From Bacillota bacterium (lineage in GTDB: Bacteria; Bacillota; Clostridia; TANB77; UBA1234), in contig JAEEHF010000076.1 in assembly GCA_016280725.1 (NCBI GenBank), positions 44,183 through 76,182 on the forward strand: a stretch of DNA of 32,000 nt, in the 5' to 3' direction. Below are positions 9,199-17,975 of this stretch, one piece after another. Under the pieces are notes generated by a model that made no database searches, was not told where the DNA came from, and was given only the letters and a program-made list of their open reading frames with translations. Both the position numbers and the translations under genes were made by a program. How positions within the stretch are numbered: position 1 is the stretch's first letter; every line of letters begins with the position of its first letter.

Positions 9199-9274
9199 GC
9201 GGGAATAGCTCAGTTGATAGAGCGTCGCCTTGCCAAGGCGAAGGTCGCGGGTTTGAGCCCCGTTTCCCGCTCCA
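9199..9274 (+). tRNA. tRNA-Gly (anticodon GCC), 76 nt with encoded CCA
   Basis: Manual cloverleaf: acceptor GCGGGAA/TTCCCGC, D arm GCTC-AGTTGATA-GAGC, anticodon arm TCGCC-TTGCCAA-GGCGA, variable AGGTC, T arm GCGGG-TTTGAGC-CCCGT, discriminator U73, CCA. G1:C72, C2:G71, G3:C70 and U73 match bacterial Gly identity elements. Confidence 0.9.
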
Positions 9275-9299
9275 TTTTTTTATCTAAAAGAATATATAA

Positions 9300-9332
9300 A
9301 TAGCAAGCCTTGTGTGGCTTGCTATTTTTTTT
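9300..9332 (+). terminator. Rho-independent terminator after the tRNA (ATAGCAAGCC-loop-GGCTTGCTAT + T8)
   Basis: 10-bp perfect stem followed by a run of 8 T. Confidence 0.85.
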
Positions 9333-9435
9333 GAAAATTCGAAAAAGGAGCATCCCTGAAATTCTAATTCTTATAGGTTGAGATTATTTATTAGTGATAT
9401 AATAAAAAAGAACAATATAAAAATCGGAGGATAAA

Positions 9436-11163
9436 ATGAAAAAGATAATCGCACTAATAGCTGTAATATGCGTACTTGCCGGTGTTTCAACGTATTTGTT
9501 TATTTCTCAAAAAAATATGGAGAAAGAATTAGCAGAATTAAGAACAATTGCTCAAGACAATGTCACAACACAAAATTCAATTGAGGAAAAAGAAGAAACT
9601 GAAAAGAATGAAAAAGAATCAGATGAAGTAAATACAAACGAAAATTCTGAAGATAATATTTCAAATAATGCGCAAAATTCTTTAGAAAATGAAGTAAAAC
9701 CGGTGATAAAAAATGAGTTGTCAGATTTTGATTTATCTTTTTTGAAAATGGAACAAGATGAAAAGAACCTTGTATACAGCCCTCTTTCAATTAAATATGC
9801 TTTAAAAATGTTAGAAGAAGGCGCAGAGGGGGAATCAAAGGCACAGATTTCAAAACTTGTTGGCGAGTATACCCCAACCCAATACAAAAACAATGAGCAT
9901 ATGTCTTTAGCTAACAGCCTATGGGTAAGGGACACATTTAAAGATAAAATTAAGCAGTCATATATAGACACATTAGATGCAAAATATGCAGCTGAACTTA
10001 AATTTGATAGTTTCAAAAATGCAAGTAATATTAATGGCTGGGTAAAAAATAAGACACTTGGAATTATTCCAAATATCTTGCAGGATAATGATGTTGAAGA
10101 ACTAAATTTTGCTCTTATAAATGCGCTTGCTATTGATATGGAATGGATTCAAAAATTTACTCAAGACAGAGGAGAAAGCACATATCCATCAACTGAATAT
10201 GAACACGAAGCAGGCATAGATGTATATGATTATCCGGTAGTGTCAAAAAAAGACTTTAATGAGAGTAACAAAGAGTATTCAGTGATGGAATTTACAAAGG
10301 TAGTAAACAATTATGATATTATAAAAGAAATTGGAGAAGAAAAAATAAAAGAAATCGTTACAGATGACTATTTAAAGTTTGTCGGCGTAATTGATGGAGA
10401 ATCTGTTGGAGGAGGAGACTTTACACTTGGTGGTAGCGAAATAGGGACCCAATATACTAAAGAGATGGCGGAAAAAGAATTAGATAAATACTTGCCAAAG
10501 TATCTTGAAGAGTTAGGGAAAAATTATCATCTTGTTGGTGACACAACAGATTTTGGAGTATACTATGACGATGATGTAAAAGTATTTCAAAAAGAATTAA
10601 AAAAATATGGAAATACAACACTAGAATTTATTGGGATAATGCCTATAAAAACTAGCTTGGATCAATACATAGATAGCATTAATAACGAAAAAATAAATAA
10701 TATTATAAATAATATCAAAACTAAGGCTAAAGACTTTGAAGAAGGTGTAGTTACAAGAATAACGGGTTTTATTCCAAAATTTATTTTTGAGTATTCATTA
10801 GATTTGAAAAAAGGTTTAATAAATCTAAATGTGAAAAATGTGTTTGATAGTGAACATGCAGAGTTGTCAAATATATCAGATGTTGAAGGGATATTTATAG
10901 CTGATGCAAAACATAAAACCAACATTGAATTTACACAAGATGGAATAAAAGCTGCGGCAGCGACAACTTTGACCGGCGCCGGAGGAGGTTCTCCATACAA
11001 CTATTATTTTAAAGTTCCGGTAAAAGAAATTGACTTAACATTTAATAAACCTTACATGTTTATAATTTATGACAAAGAAAATAAAGACGTTTGGTTTATC
11101 GGATCTGTATATGAGCCATTAAGATATGACGAAGATACAACAGTAGCAAGTGACGATTTTTAA
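9436..11163 (+). CDS. Serpin-family protease inhibitor with an N-terminal membrane anchor and an acidic linker
   Basis: The serpin core starts at NLVYSPLSIKYALKMLEEGAEGES. The hinge and reactive-centre loop is TQDGIKAAAATTLTGAGGGSPY. The C-terminal signature is FNKPYMFIIYDKENKDVWFIGSVYEP. The N-terminus KKIIALIAVICVLAGVSTYLFI is a signal anchor. Confidence 0.8.
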   Translation: MKKIIALIAVICVLAGVSTYLFISQKNMEKELAELRTIAQDNVTTQNSIEEKEETEKNEKESDEVNTNENSEDNISNNAQNSLENEVKPVIKNELSDFDLSFLKMEQDEKNLVYSPLSIKYALKMLEEGAEGESKAQISKLVGEYTPTQYKNNEHMSLANSLWVRDTFKDKIKQSYIDTLDAKYAAELKFDSFKNASNINGWVKNKTLGIIPNILQDNDVEELNFALINALAIDMEWIQKFTQDRGESTYPSTEYEHEAGIDVYDYPVVSKKDFNESNKEYSVMEFTKVVNNYDIIKEIGEEKIKEIVTDDYLKFVGVIDGESVGGGDFTLGGSEIGTQYTKEMAEKELDKYLPKYLEELGKNYHLVGDTTDFGVYYDDDVKVFQKELKKYGNTTLEFIGIMPIKTSLDQYIDSINNEKINNIINNIKTKAKDFEEGVVTRITGFIPKFIFEYSLDLKKGLINLNVKNVFDSEHAELSNISDVEGIFIADAKHKTNIEFTQDGIKAAAATTLTGAGGGSPYNYYFKVPVKEIDLTFNKPYMFIIYDKENKDVWFIGSVYEPLRYDEDTTVASDDF

Positions 11164-11187
11164 GTCTCTAGAATAACATTATATTTT

Positions 11188-11220
11188 GTAGTGTCACCAT
11201 TTTGGTGACACTACTTCTTT
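11188..11220 (+). terminator. Rho-independent terminator (GTAGTGTCACC-ATTTT-GGTGACACTAC)
   Basis: 11-bp perfect stem followed by a T-rich tail, 25 nt after the serpin stop. Confidence 0.75.
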
Positions 11221-11363
11221 ACAAATGTGTTAAATATTCCATATTCATTTGACACCTAAAAAATTGCTGTGCTAATCTAAATTTGTATTATGAATGAGTT
11301 TTTACAAAAGAAAATTACACGAATAGTACAAAAGAAAGTAGAAAGATGGAGGTTTTAAGTAAT

Positions 11364-11573
11364 ATGGAAAAAGGAAAAGTAAAATGGTTTAACGCTGAGA
11401 AAGGATTTGGATTCATCGAAAGAGAAGGCGGTACAGATGTATTTGTACATTTTAGTGCAATCGCTATGGATGGATACAAAACTTTACAAGAAGGCACAGA
11501 AGTTCAATTTGATATTGTTGAGGGTATGAAGGGAGCTCAAGCAGCTAATGTTACTCCTGTAGTATCTGAGTAA
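11364..11573 (+). CDS. Cold-shock protein (CspA family, CSD)
   Basis: [33 protein letters not shown] contains the RNP1 (KGFGFI) and RNP2 (VFVHF) motifs. A GGAGG SD lies 10 nt upstream of ATG 11364, and there is a long 5' leader. Confidence 0.9.
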   Translation: MEKGKVKWFNAEKGFGFIEREGGTDVFVHFSAIAMDGYKTLQEGTEVQFDIVEGMKGAQAANVTPVVSE

Positions 11574-11601
11574 ATAGATTGGATATAAAAGTTAAACAAA
11601 T

Positions 11602-11630
11602 GCCTCGATTTTATCGGGGCTTTTATTTTG
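11602..11630 (+). terminator. Hairpin terminator after csp (GCCTCGAT-TTT-ATCGGGGC + T-rich)
   Basis: 8-bp stem containing one G-U pair, followed by TTTTATTTT. Confidence 0.6.
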
Positions 11631-11706
11631 CAATTCTATTACAAATGGCCTATCTGTTTGAAAAATGGCTTAAATGTGGTATTCTTAATATATAGAGGTG
11701 AAATAA

Positions 11707-12222
11707 ATGATTGGCTTTTTAATATTCGCAATATTAATTGCAATTTTTGCGTACTTCGCAATTAAAACATATAAGGAATTAGTTGAGTTAAGAGAGCTTA
11801 GAAGGGCTGCAACCACTGGAATGGATAAAGCTCTTATAAATAGATATAACATAATGGAAAATCTTATAGTTTTTTCGAAAGGATTTATCGAAGATCAAAA
11901 CAGGTTTGTTGTTAAGCTTCTACAAGTGCGCCTTGTTCCAATAGAGGAAAGAGCTGCAATTGAAAGAGAGTTTTCTGATGAACTTGGCACTTTGCTAGCC
12001 ATGATTTCAGAAATTCCACAGTTAAAGGCAGATAAAGACTTCACCACGCTTAGACTTCAACTAGCAAAAGCAGAGAAGATTATCCATGAGGAAGAAGAAG
12101 CTTTTAACGAAAGAACACTTGAATATGATAAGGCAGTAAGTTCTTTCCCTAAAAAAATCATAGCTATTCTTGCGGGATTTAAACCTGTATCTACATTTGA
12201 GGTAAAATATTTAACTAGATAA
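11707..12222 (+). CDS. LemA-family protein (single N-terminal TM helix)
   Basis: The architecture and C-terminal pattern (...YDKAVSSFPKKIIAILAGFKP) resemble LemA (Y-N-x-x-x-x-x-FP-x-x-x-x-A-x-x-x-GF). Assigned from memory of the family only. Confidence 0.55.
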   Translation: MIGFLIFAILIAIFAYFAIKTYKELVELRELRRAATTGMDKALINRYNIMENLIVFSKGFIEDQNRFVVKLLQVRLVPIEERAAIEREFSDELGTLLAMISEIPQLKADKDFTTLRLQLAKAEKIIHEEEEAFNERTLEYDKAVSSFPKKIIAILAGFKPVSTFEVKYLTR

Positions 12223-12303
12223 TTTACAAACTTTTTACGTTGATAAAACAAATAGAACATAATAAACGAATATACTTTTAACGTTGAAAGGGAGGTGCAA
12301 CAT

Positions 12304-12969
12304 ATGTCAATAAATGATACTGTGGCGAAAAAAGACTTAAAGACAAAAATACGTGACTTCTTTGCATATGTTGCAAATTTGTTCCATCTAGGTAAAAAAG
12401 GGCTTCCAGAAGCATCTGAAGAAACACTTGAAGAACTTAGAGAAGTAAATGAAGTATATGCTGAATTACTTAAAGATGATTCTTTTGAGACGTTAAAGAA
12501 GACATATGATAATTACAAAGTGGGTGTAAACCCTGATGGCGGGCTAATCGCAGTAGAAAAAAGCACTGGTTATGTTTTTGATGAAGCTAAATTTGTCGCT
12601 AGGGTTAGATTTTTAGCACTTTGGAGAAAGTCTGCTTTTGGAAATCTTGACTCAAAACTAGAAGAAGAATGTGTTTCTGAGTGTTTTAGCGAAGAATCTT
12701 CGAAAATATATGATGAAATTAAACAAATCATTCAAAAACAACTAATTAAGAGCGGAAATATTGACACTTTGGAAATTTTGAATAAAATGAAAGAAAGTCC
12801 ATATAAATGGGGCAGAGTTGTTTCAAGACGACTATTTAAGACGCAGGCATATGTTGAGACAGTCGAAGATTTCTTTAGAAGCATTACTAAAAAAGCAAAG
12901 AAACAAACAAAACCTGCAAAGTCTATGATTGAAGCTCTATATGGTTGGGGAGAAGATGATTTAAAATAG
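12304..12969 (+). CDS. Hypothetical protein
   Basis: ATG 12304 lies 9 nt after an AGGGAGG SD (the listed ORF starts at GTG 12295). I recognised no family. Confidence 0.55.
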   Translation: MSINDTVAKKDLKTKIRDFFAYVANLFHLGKKGLPEASEETLEELREVNEVYAELLKDDSFETLKKTYDNYKVGVNPDGGLIAVEKSTGYVFDEAKFVARVRFLALWRKSAFGNLDSKLEEECVSECFSEESSKIYDEIKQIIQKQLIKSGNIDTLEILNKMKESPYKWGRVVSRRLFKTQAYVETVEDFFRSITKKAKKQTKPAKSMIEALYGWGEDDLK

Positions 12970-13112
12970 GAAGTAGTAAGAAAATCGCGCCAAATCATGT
13001 TGAAACAAGACTAGTTACAAAAAAGAGCGTTAGAAAAGAAAAAAGAAGAAAATTATATAGTAAGTTAATTAATATAGTAATTGGATTATTATATCCAATT
13101 GCTTTATTTTTT

Positions 13113-14912
13113 ATGTCATGCATTATTGAGAAAGAAAGCGTGGCAGAGGCAATAAACTTCGTCTCGAATAACATGGGAATTGTTTTACTAAATCTTCTTA
13201 TAATATATCTATTGTTTTATCTTGTTATGTGCGCAATAAATCGTACGTGGATATGCACAATAATTGCATCTATTCTATATCTTGTGCTTCCAATAGTATC
13301 AAAAATAAAATTTAATATAAGAGGAGAACCATTATTATTAAATGAGTTGGCTCTTGCTAGGACTACAGGAGATTTATTTGAGTTTGTTGAAGTATCTAAT
13401 GTAATGCAAGTTACAATGCTTCTTTCAGTTTTGTTTATAATTCTTTTTGCAGTGATTATATTTCATAAAAAAATAAAAACGAAAAGAAAAAATTCTTGCA
13501 TAATGCTTGCTGTATTTATAGCAAGTATATGTATTACATTCTTTGTTCCAAATCTTAACGAAATGGTATTAAGGCAATTTGGAGTTGAGTTAGGAGTAAG
13601 ATATTCACCCAATATTATTCATGAAAAATATGCAACATATATAGGATTATATGCAAATCAATTTTTAAATTCTGCGGAAAAGCCTTCGGGGTATAGTAAA
13701 GAAAAAATATATGAAATATTAGAGGATTCAAGCGAAGTTAAGCTTGTTTATAATACTTCTGGCGATGATATATCTTATTTAATTTTGCCAGAAGAAGAAA
13801 CAATAAAACCTAATATTATCATGATAATGAGTGAGTCATTTTTCGACCCATATAGTATTGAAAATGTTTCATATTCAAAAGACCCAATGCCCAATATTAG
13901 AAAATTAATTTCAACAAATACTTCTGGCACATTTGTTTCATCGACTTTTGGAGGCGGAACATCATATATTGAATTTGAAGCATTTACTGGAAATACAATG
14001 GAATATTTGCCATATGGAATAGTTCCATATATTGATTTAGAAGATAGTTTGGAAAAATGTGAAACAATACAAAAGGAATTAAAGAAACTTGATTATAAAA
14101 CAATAGCAATTCACCCATATGATAAAAGCTTCTATAACAGAGATGTTGCATATAAGAAGATTGGCTTTGACGAATTCTATGATGCAAATACAATGGATAA
14201 TATTTATTATTTTGGAAAGTATGTCTCGGATAATTGTCTCGTAGATAATATAATATCAAAATTAGAAGAAGATACTATGCCTAAATTTATTTGGGCGCTA
14301 TCAATGCAAAACCATACACCTTACGCTACTTCAAATTTTGGTGAAACTGAATTTGAAATTGATGTTACAAGCGACAAACTATTTGAAAGCTCAAGAGACA
14401 AACTAAAAGCGTATGTTAATGGATTATACGAAACCGATAAGAGTGTCAAAAGGTTGATAGAATACGTGGAAAATACGAAAATACCAACAATCGTGTTGTT
14501 CTTTGGCGATCACCTTCCAGGTTTTTATGATGTGTATTTAGACAGCGGAATGATTAATACCAAGGACAGTACGAAGTGGTCAACAAAAGAAATGATAAAA
14601 ATGCATACATTACCATTCTTTATATATGATAATTATAAAGATGATATTACTTCACAAACGGAAATAATAGGCGCATTCGCGCTAGGAAATTATTTATTAA
14701 GGTATGCAGGACTTCCACAATCAAGTTACTTTAAATTTATTGAGTCACTAAATTATTCTGCACTGAGAGATAGATTATTTGTAGATGAAAATGGAAAAGT
14801 AACGGACAAAATAACGGACGATTATTTAGAGCAAAGTAATCAACATAAAATGTTAGAATATGACATAATTTATGGCGAAAATTATGTCGCCGATTATAAC
14901 AATAAAGACTAG
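13113..14912 (+). CDS. LTA synthase (LtaS) / sulfatase-family membrane protein
   Basis: An N-terminal polytopic region is followed by an extracellular sulfatase-like domain with the motifs MSESFFDP, GGGTSYIEFEAFTG, MQNHTPY and FFGDHLP. The reading frame stays open and protein-like for about 50 codons upstream of ATG 13113 (see findings). Confidence 0.75.
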   Translation: MSCIIEKESVAEAINFVSNNMGIVLLNLLIIYLLFYLVMCAINRTWICTIIASILYLVLPIVSKIKFNIRGEPLLLNELALARTTGDLFEFVEVSNVMQVTMLLSVLFIILFAVIIFHKKIKTKRKNSCIMLAVFIASICITFFVPNLNEMVLRQFGVELGVRYSPNIIHEKYATYIGLYANQFLNSAEKPSGYSKEKIYEILEDSSEVKLVYNTSGDDISYLILPEEETIKPNIIMIMSESFFDPYSIENVSYSKDPMPNIRKLISTNTSGTFVSSTFGGGTSYIEFEAFTGNTMEYLPYGIVPYIDLEDSLEKCETIQKELKKLDYKTIAIHPYDKSFYNRDVAYKKIGFDEFYDANTMDNIYYFGKYVSDNCLVDNIISKLEEDTMPKFIWALSMQNHTPYATSNFGETEFEIDVTSDKLFESSRDKLKAYVNGLYETDKSVKRLIEYVENTKIPTIVLFFGDHLPGFYDVYLDSGMINTKDSTKWSTKEMIKMHTLPFFIYDNYKDDITSQTEIIGAFALGNYLLRYAGLPQSSYFKFIESLNYSALRDRLFVDENGKVTDKITDDYLEQSNQHKMLEYDIIYGENYVADYNNKD

Positions 14913-14931
14913 AAAATTCTAGTCTTTTTTT
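14905..14931 (+). terminator. Rho-independent terminator (AAGACTAG-loop-CTAGTCTT + T7)
   Basis: 8-bp perfect stem overlapping the stop codon, followed by a T run. Confidence 0.8.
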
Positions 14932-14944
14932 GATGATTTTTTGA

Positions 14945-14973
14945 TTGACTTTTCATAGCTAAATCTATATTAT
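14945..14973 (+). promoter_or_regulatory. Sigma-A type promoter upstream of minD (TTGACT - 17 bp - TATTAT)
   Basis: -35 at 14945-14950 and -10 at 14968-14973. This shows that minDE has its own promoter and is separate from minC. Confidence 0.55.
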
Positions 14974-15061
14974 TTAATATATGAAATATAATTGTAACAA
15001 TTTTGATATATAACTATAAATTTTTGTTATCGATTACGAATGATTTGAATGGAGGATGGTT

Positions 15062-15874
15062 ATGGGAGAAGTAATTGTTATTACATCCGGAAAGGGAGGA
15101 GTTGGAAAAACCACTAGTGCAGCAAACTTAGGAACGGCACTTACAATGATGAACAAAAAAGTTGCATTAGTCGACACAGATATAGGACTTAGAAACCTTG
15201 ATGTTGTTATGGGTCTTGAAAATAGAATTGTTTATGATATTGTTGATGTTGTTGAAGAAAATTGCAAACTAAAACAAGCTCTTATAAAAGACAGAAGATA
15301 TGAAGGTCTTTATCTTTTACCGGCAGCACAAACAAGAGATAAAAATGCAGTTAATGAAGAACAAATGAAAAAGATTTGTGAAGAACTAAAAATAGAATTT
15401 GATTATGTTATTATAGATTGCCCTGCTGGAATCGAGCAAGGGTTTAAAAATGCCATTGCAGGTGCAGATAGAGCATTTGTAGTTACGACTCCAGAGGTTT
15501 CAGCTGTTAGAGATGCCGACAGAATCGTAGGATTATTACAATCAAGCAACTTACCAAAACCACAATTAATATTAAATAGAATTAGAACGAAAATGGTTAA
15601 AGAGGGTCAAATGATGGACGCTCAAGATATTGTTGACCTTTTGTCTATAAATCTTATAGGCGCAGTTCCAGATGATGAAAATGTTATTGTTCAAACAAAT
15701 ATGGGTGAACCATCTGTAACAAATCCAAGATCACTATCAGGAAAAGCATATATGGAAACAGCAAAGAGAATTTTGGGAGAGGATATCCCAGTTACAATTC
15801 CTGGTAAAAAAGACGGATTTTTTGAGAAGTTTAAGAGAATGTTTTCAGGCAAGAAAGAAAAAGCAAGAGTGTAG
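15062..15874 (+). CDS. minD: Septum site-determining ATPase MinD
   Basis: Deviant Walker A SGKGGVGKTT, DTDIGLRNLD, and a C-terminal amphipathic helix (FFEKFKRMF). The GGAGG SD at 15051-15055 favours ATG 15062 over 15056. Confidence 0.95.
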   Translation: MGEVIVITSGKGGVGKTTSAANLGTALTMMNKKVALVDTDIGLRNLDVVMGLENRIVYDIVDVVEENCKLKQALIKDRRYEGLYLLPAAQTRDKNAVNEEQMKKICEELKIEFDYVIIDCPAGIEQGFKNAIAGADRAFVVTTPEVSAVRDADRIVGLLQSSNLPKPQLILNRIRTKMVKEGQMMDAQDIVDLLSINLIGAVPDDENVIVQTNMGEPSVTNPRSLSGKAYMETAKRILGEDIPVTIPGKKDGFFEKFKRMFSGKKEKARV

Positions 15875-15903
15875 GTTTTTATAGATAATAAGGAGGCAAT
15901 TTA

Positions 15904-16731
15904 ATGGAATTAAAAGAAGTTTTCGAACCGTTAGTTAATTTCCTAAAAAATTTCCAAAGAAAAGATAAAGAAATTTCTGTATCAAAGGATAAAGCAAAGG
16001 AGAGATTACAACTTGTTCTTATGCAAGATAGAGCATCTGTATCCCCAGATTTCTTTGAGAAGATGAAGAAGGAATTAATAGAGGTTATTAAAAAATACAT
16101 TGAAATTGATGAGGAACTTTTAGAAGTTCAACTTACTAGAGGATTTGAAGATGATAATGGCACAGGACCTGCACTTTATGCAAATATTCCTATAAAGAAT
16201 ATTAAACCTGTTGCTAAAGTTACAGAAGAAAAATCAGATGAGGATGTTAAAACAATTGAAGTAGTTGTTAAAACAGATTCAGAAGAAAAAGAAAATGAAG
16301 AAGCAAAAGAAGAAAATATTGATAAAGTAGAAAAAGAAACTAAGGAGAATAAAGAACAAGTAGAAACTAAAGAAGAAGTAGTTGAGACTGTTCAAGAAAC
16401 TTCAAGCGAAAATACAGGCGTACATAACAATGATAAAAAAAAAGAAGAAACAAAGGAAAGCATAAAGGGGGAAAACATTGATAACTCCCAATGTGAGACA
16501 CAAGAAAATATAGATGTAGAGACAAAAGAAGATATTAAAGAGGCAGAAGATGAAGTACAAAATGAAACTTTTGATGCCGATAAGATTGTAATAGGAATAG
16601 AAAAATCTAAAGATTTTAAACAAAGATTAAATGATGTAAAAGAAGGCGTTTCGAAAAATTTTGAAAAAGTTAAAACATCAGCAAAAGATGGCATCAAAAA
16701 AATAAAATCAAAAGTTAAAGCGAAGAACTAA
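15904..16731 (+). CDS. minE: Cell division topological specificity factor MinE with an E/K-rich C-terminal extension of about 170 aa
   Basis: The first 100 aa or so match MinE (AKERLQLVLMQDRASVSPDFFEKMKKELIEVIKKYIEID). The gene lies immediately downstream of minD. The remaining sequence is low-complexity and acidic/basic. Confidence 0.85.
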   Translation: MELKEVFEPLVNFLKNFQRKDKEISVSKDKAKERLQLVLMQDRASVSPDFFEKMKKELIEVIKKYIEIDEELLEVQLTRGFEDDNGTGPALYANIPIKNIKPVAKVTEEKSDEDVKTIEVVVKTDSEEKENEEAKEENIDKVEKETKENKEQVETKEEVVETVQETSSENTGVHNNDKKKEETKESIKGENIDNSQCETQENIDVETKEDIKEAEDEVQNETFDADKIVIGIEKSKDFKQRLNDVKEGVSKNFEKVKTSAKDGIKKIKSKVKAKN

Positions 16732-16739
16732 CAAGATTT

Positions 16740-16770
16740 GGTGTCCAGTTATGGACACCTTTTCTTATTT
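16740..16770 (+). terminator. Hairpin terminator after minE (GGTGTCCA-GTTA-TGGACACC + T-rich)
   Basis: 8-bp perfect stem followed by TTTTCTTATTT. Confidence 0.7.
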
Positions 16771-16799
16771 ATTAAGAAAAGAACAAATCGGAGAAATAT

Positions 16800-17900
16800 A
16801 TGATAAAAAAACTGCTAAAAAAGATAGATTATAGAATAATAATTGTGATATTTATCTTATTTGGTATTGGTGCTGTAGGACTTTATAGTGCAAGTCATGG
16901 TGCGGGTGGAAATTCGGATGAATTTACAAAGCAGATGATTTGGTTTGCAGTTGGCGTAGTTTGCATGATGGCAATTACTTTTTTTGATTACAAGCATCTT
17001 AAAAAGATATGGATAATAGTATATATAGTATTTTTAGCTTTGTTAGTTGGAGTTTTATTTTCAAATAGAAATCATGGAGCAACAAGTTGGTACAAAATAG
17101 GAATTTTTAGTTTTCAACCATCAGAGTTTTTTAAAATTGTTTTAATTATTGGACTATCAAGTTTAATTGCTTACTTTCATGAAAAAGAAGCTATAAATAA
17201 AATAACTAGTCTTATCTTACTTTTAATAATATTGGCAATACCATCATTTCTAATAATAAAACAGCCTGACTATGGAACAGCACTAGTTATGATTTTCACA
17301 TTTTGTATAATGCTATTTATTGCTGATATAAATATTAAATATATAGTAGCTGGAGTAATTGTTGCTATTATAGCATTACCATTGGCGTATCATTTTGTTT
17401 TGCCAGACCATGCTAAAACAAGAATTATGGTTTTTATAAATCCAGAGCTTGATCCAAAAGGTGCTGGATATAATGTTATACAATCAAAGCTTGCAGTTGG
17501 GTCTGGTATGGCTACAGGAATGGGTTTGTTAAATGGCAACCAAACGCAAATGGGAATGCTTCCAATGAAAACAACAGATTTTATTTATTCAGTTATTAGC
17601 GAGGAAATGGGATTCTTTGTTTCTGCATTAATTGTTTTGCTGTATATTATTCTTCTATATAGAATTCTAAAGGTAGCGCATCTTGCTAAAGATATGTTTG
17701 GAAAAATGATTTGTATTGGAGCGTTTGCAATGATTCTTGCACACGTTGTTGAAAATATAGGAATGACTATGGGACTAATGCCAATAACTGGAATACCACT
17801 TCCATTTATTAGTTATGGAGGAAGCTCAATGCTAACTAATTTTATTGCGATAGGGCTTGTACAAAGTGTAAATGTAAGAATTAAAAATTTTGGACTATGA
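16800..17900 (+). CDS. rodA: SEDS-family peptidoglycan polymerase RodA (FtsW/RodA/SpoVE family)
   Basis: Polytopic protein with QPDYGTAL, TDFIYSVISEEMGF and PLPFISYGGSSM motifs. Named rodA because of its position after minDE. Confidence 0.85.
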   Translation: MIKKLLKKIDYRIIIVIFILFGIGAVGLYSASHGAGGNSDEFTKQMIWFAVGVVCMMAITFFDYKHLKKIWIIVYIVFLALLVGVLFSNRNHGATSWYKIGIFSFQPSEFFKIVLIIGLSSLIAYFHEKEAINKITSLILLLIILAIPSFLIIKQPDYGTALVMIFTFCIMLFIADINIKYIVAGVIVAIIALPLAYHFVLPDHAKTRIMVFINPELDPKGAGYNVIQSKLAVGSGMATGMGLLNGNQTQMGMLPMKTTDFIYSVISEEMGFFVSALIVLLYIILLYRILKVAHLAKDMFGKMICIGAFAMILAHVVENIGMTMGLMPITGIPLPFISYGGSSMLTNFIAIGLVQSVNVRIKNFGL

Positions 17901-17975
17901 TGATTTGAAAAAGGGTATGTCTTTTCTACGAAAGAGAAACACCCCCATTTTTCAAAATAATATTTAGGAGCGTTT

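Noticed and set aside
9017-9351. Imperfect inverted repeat flanking the tRNA-Gly gene: GCTCCTCTTTTTTTCGAATTTCAG at 9017-9040 and the reverse complement of TTGAAAATTCGAAAAAGGAGC at 9331-9351
   Set aside because: The match is mostly terminator T-tracts plus the self-palindromic TTCGAA and an SD-like GGAGC. It is too low in complexity to call an element without a genome-wide search.
9552-11000. Minus-strand ORFs 9552-10016, 9563-9790 and 10662-11000 inside the serpin gene. The same applies to 2352-2579, 2672-3007, 3207-3401, 16392-16697, 18519-18851, 20992-21222, 21266-21577, 21635-21892, 22846-23088, 24378-24668, 24799-25038, 28038-28404 and 28752-29177.
   Set aside because: All lie antisense to or nested within longer ORFs that have clear family signatures. 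None has a convincing SD or start, and their compositions are shadow-like.
17905-17960. Possible terminator between rodA and dusB (GGGTATGTCTTTTCT...AGAGAAACACCC + CCATTTTT)
   Set aside because: The stem is badly interrupted, with only short 4-5 bp paired blocks. I could not support it as a terminator.
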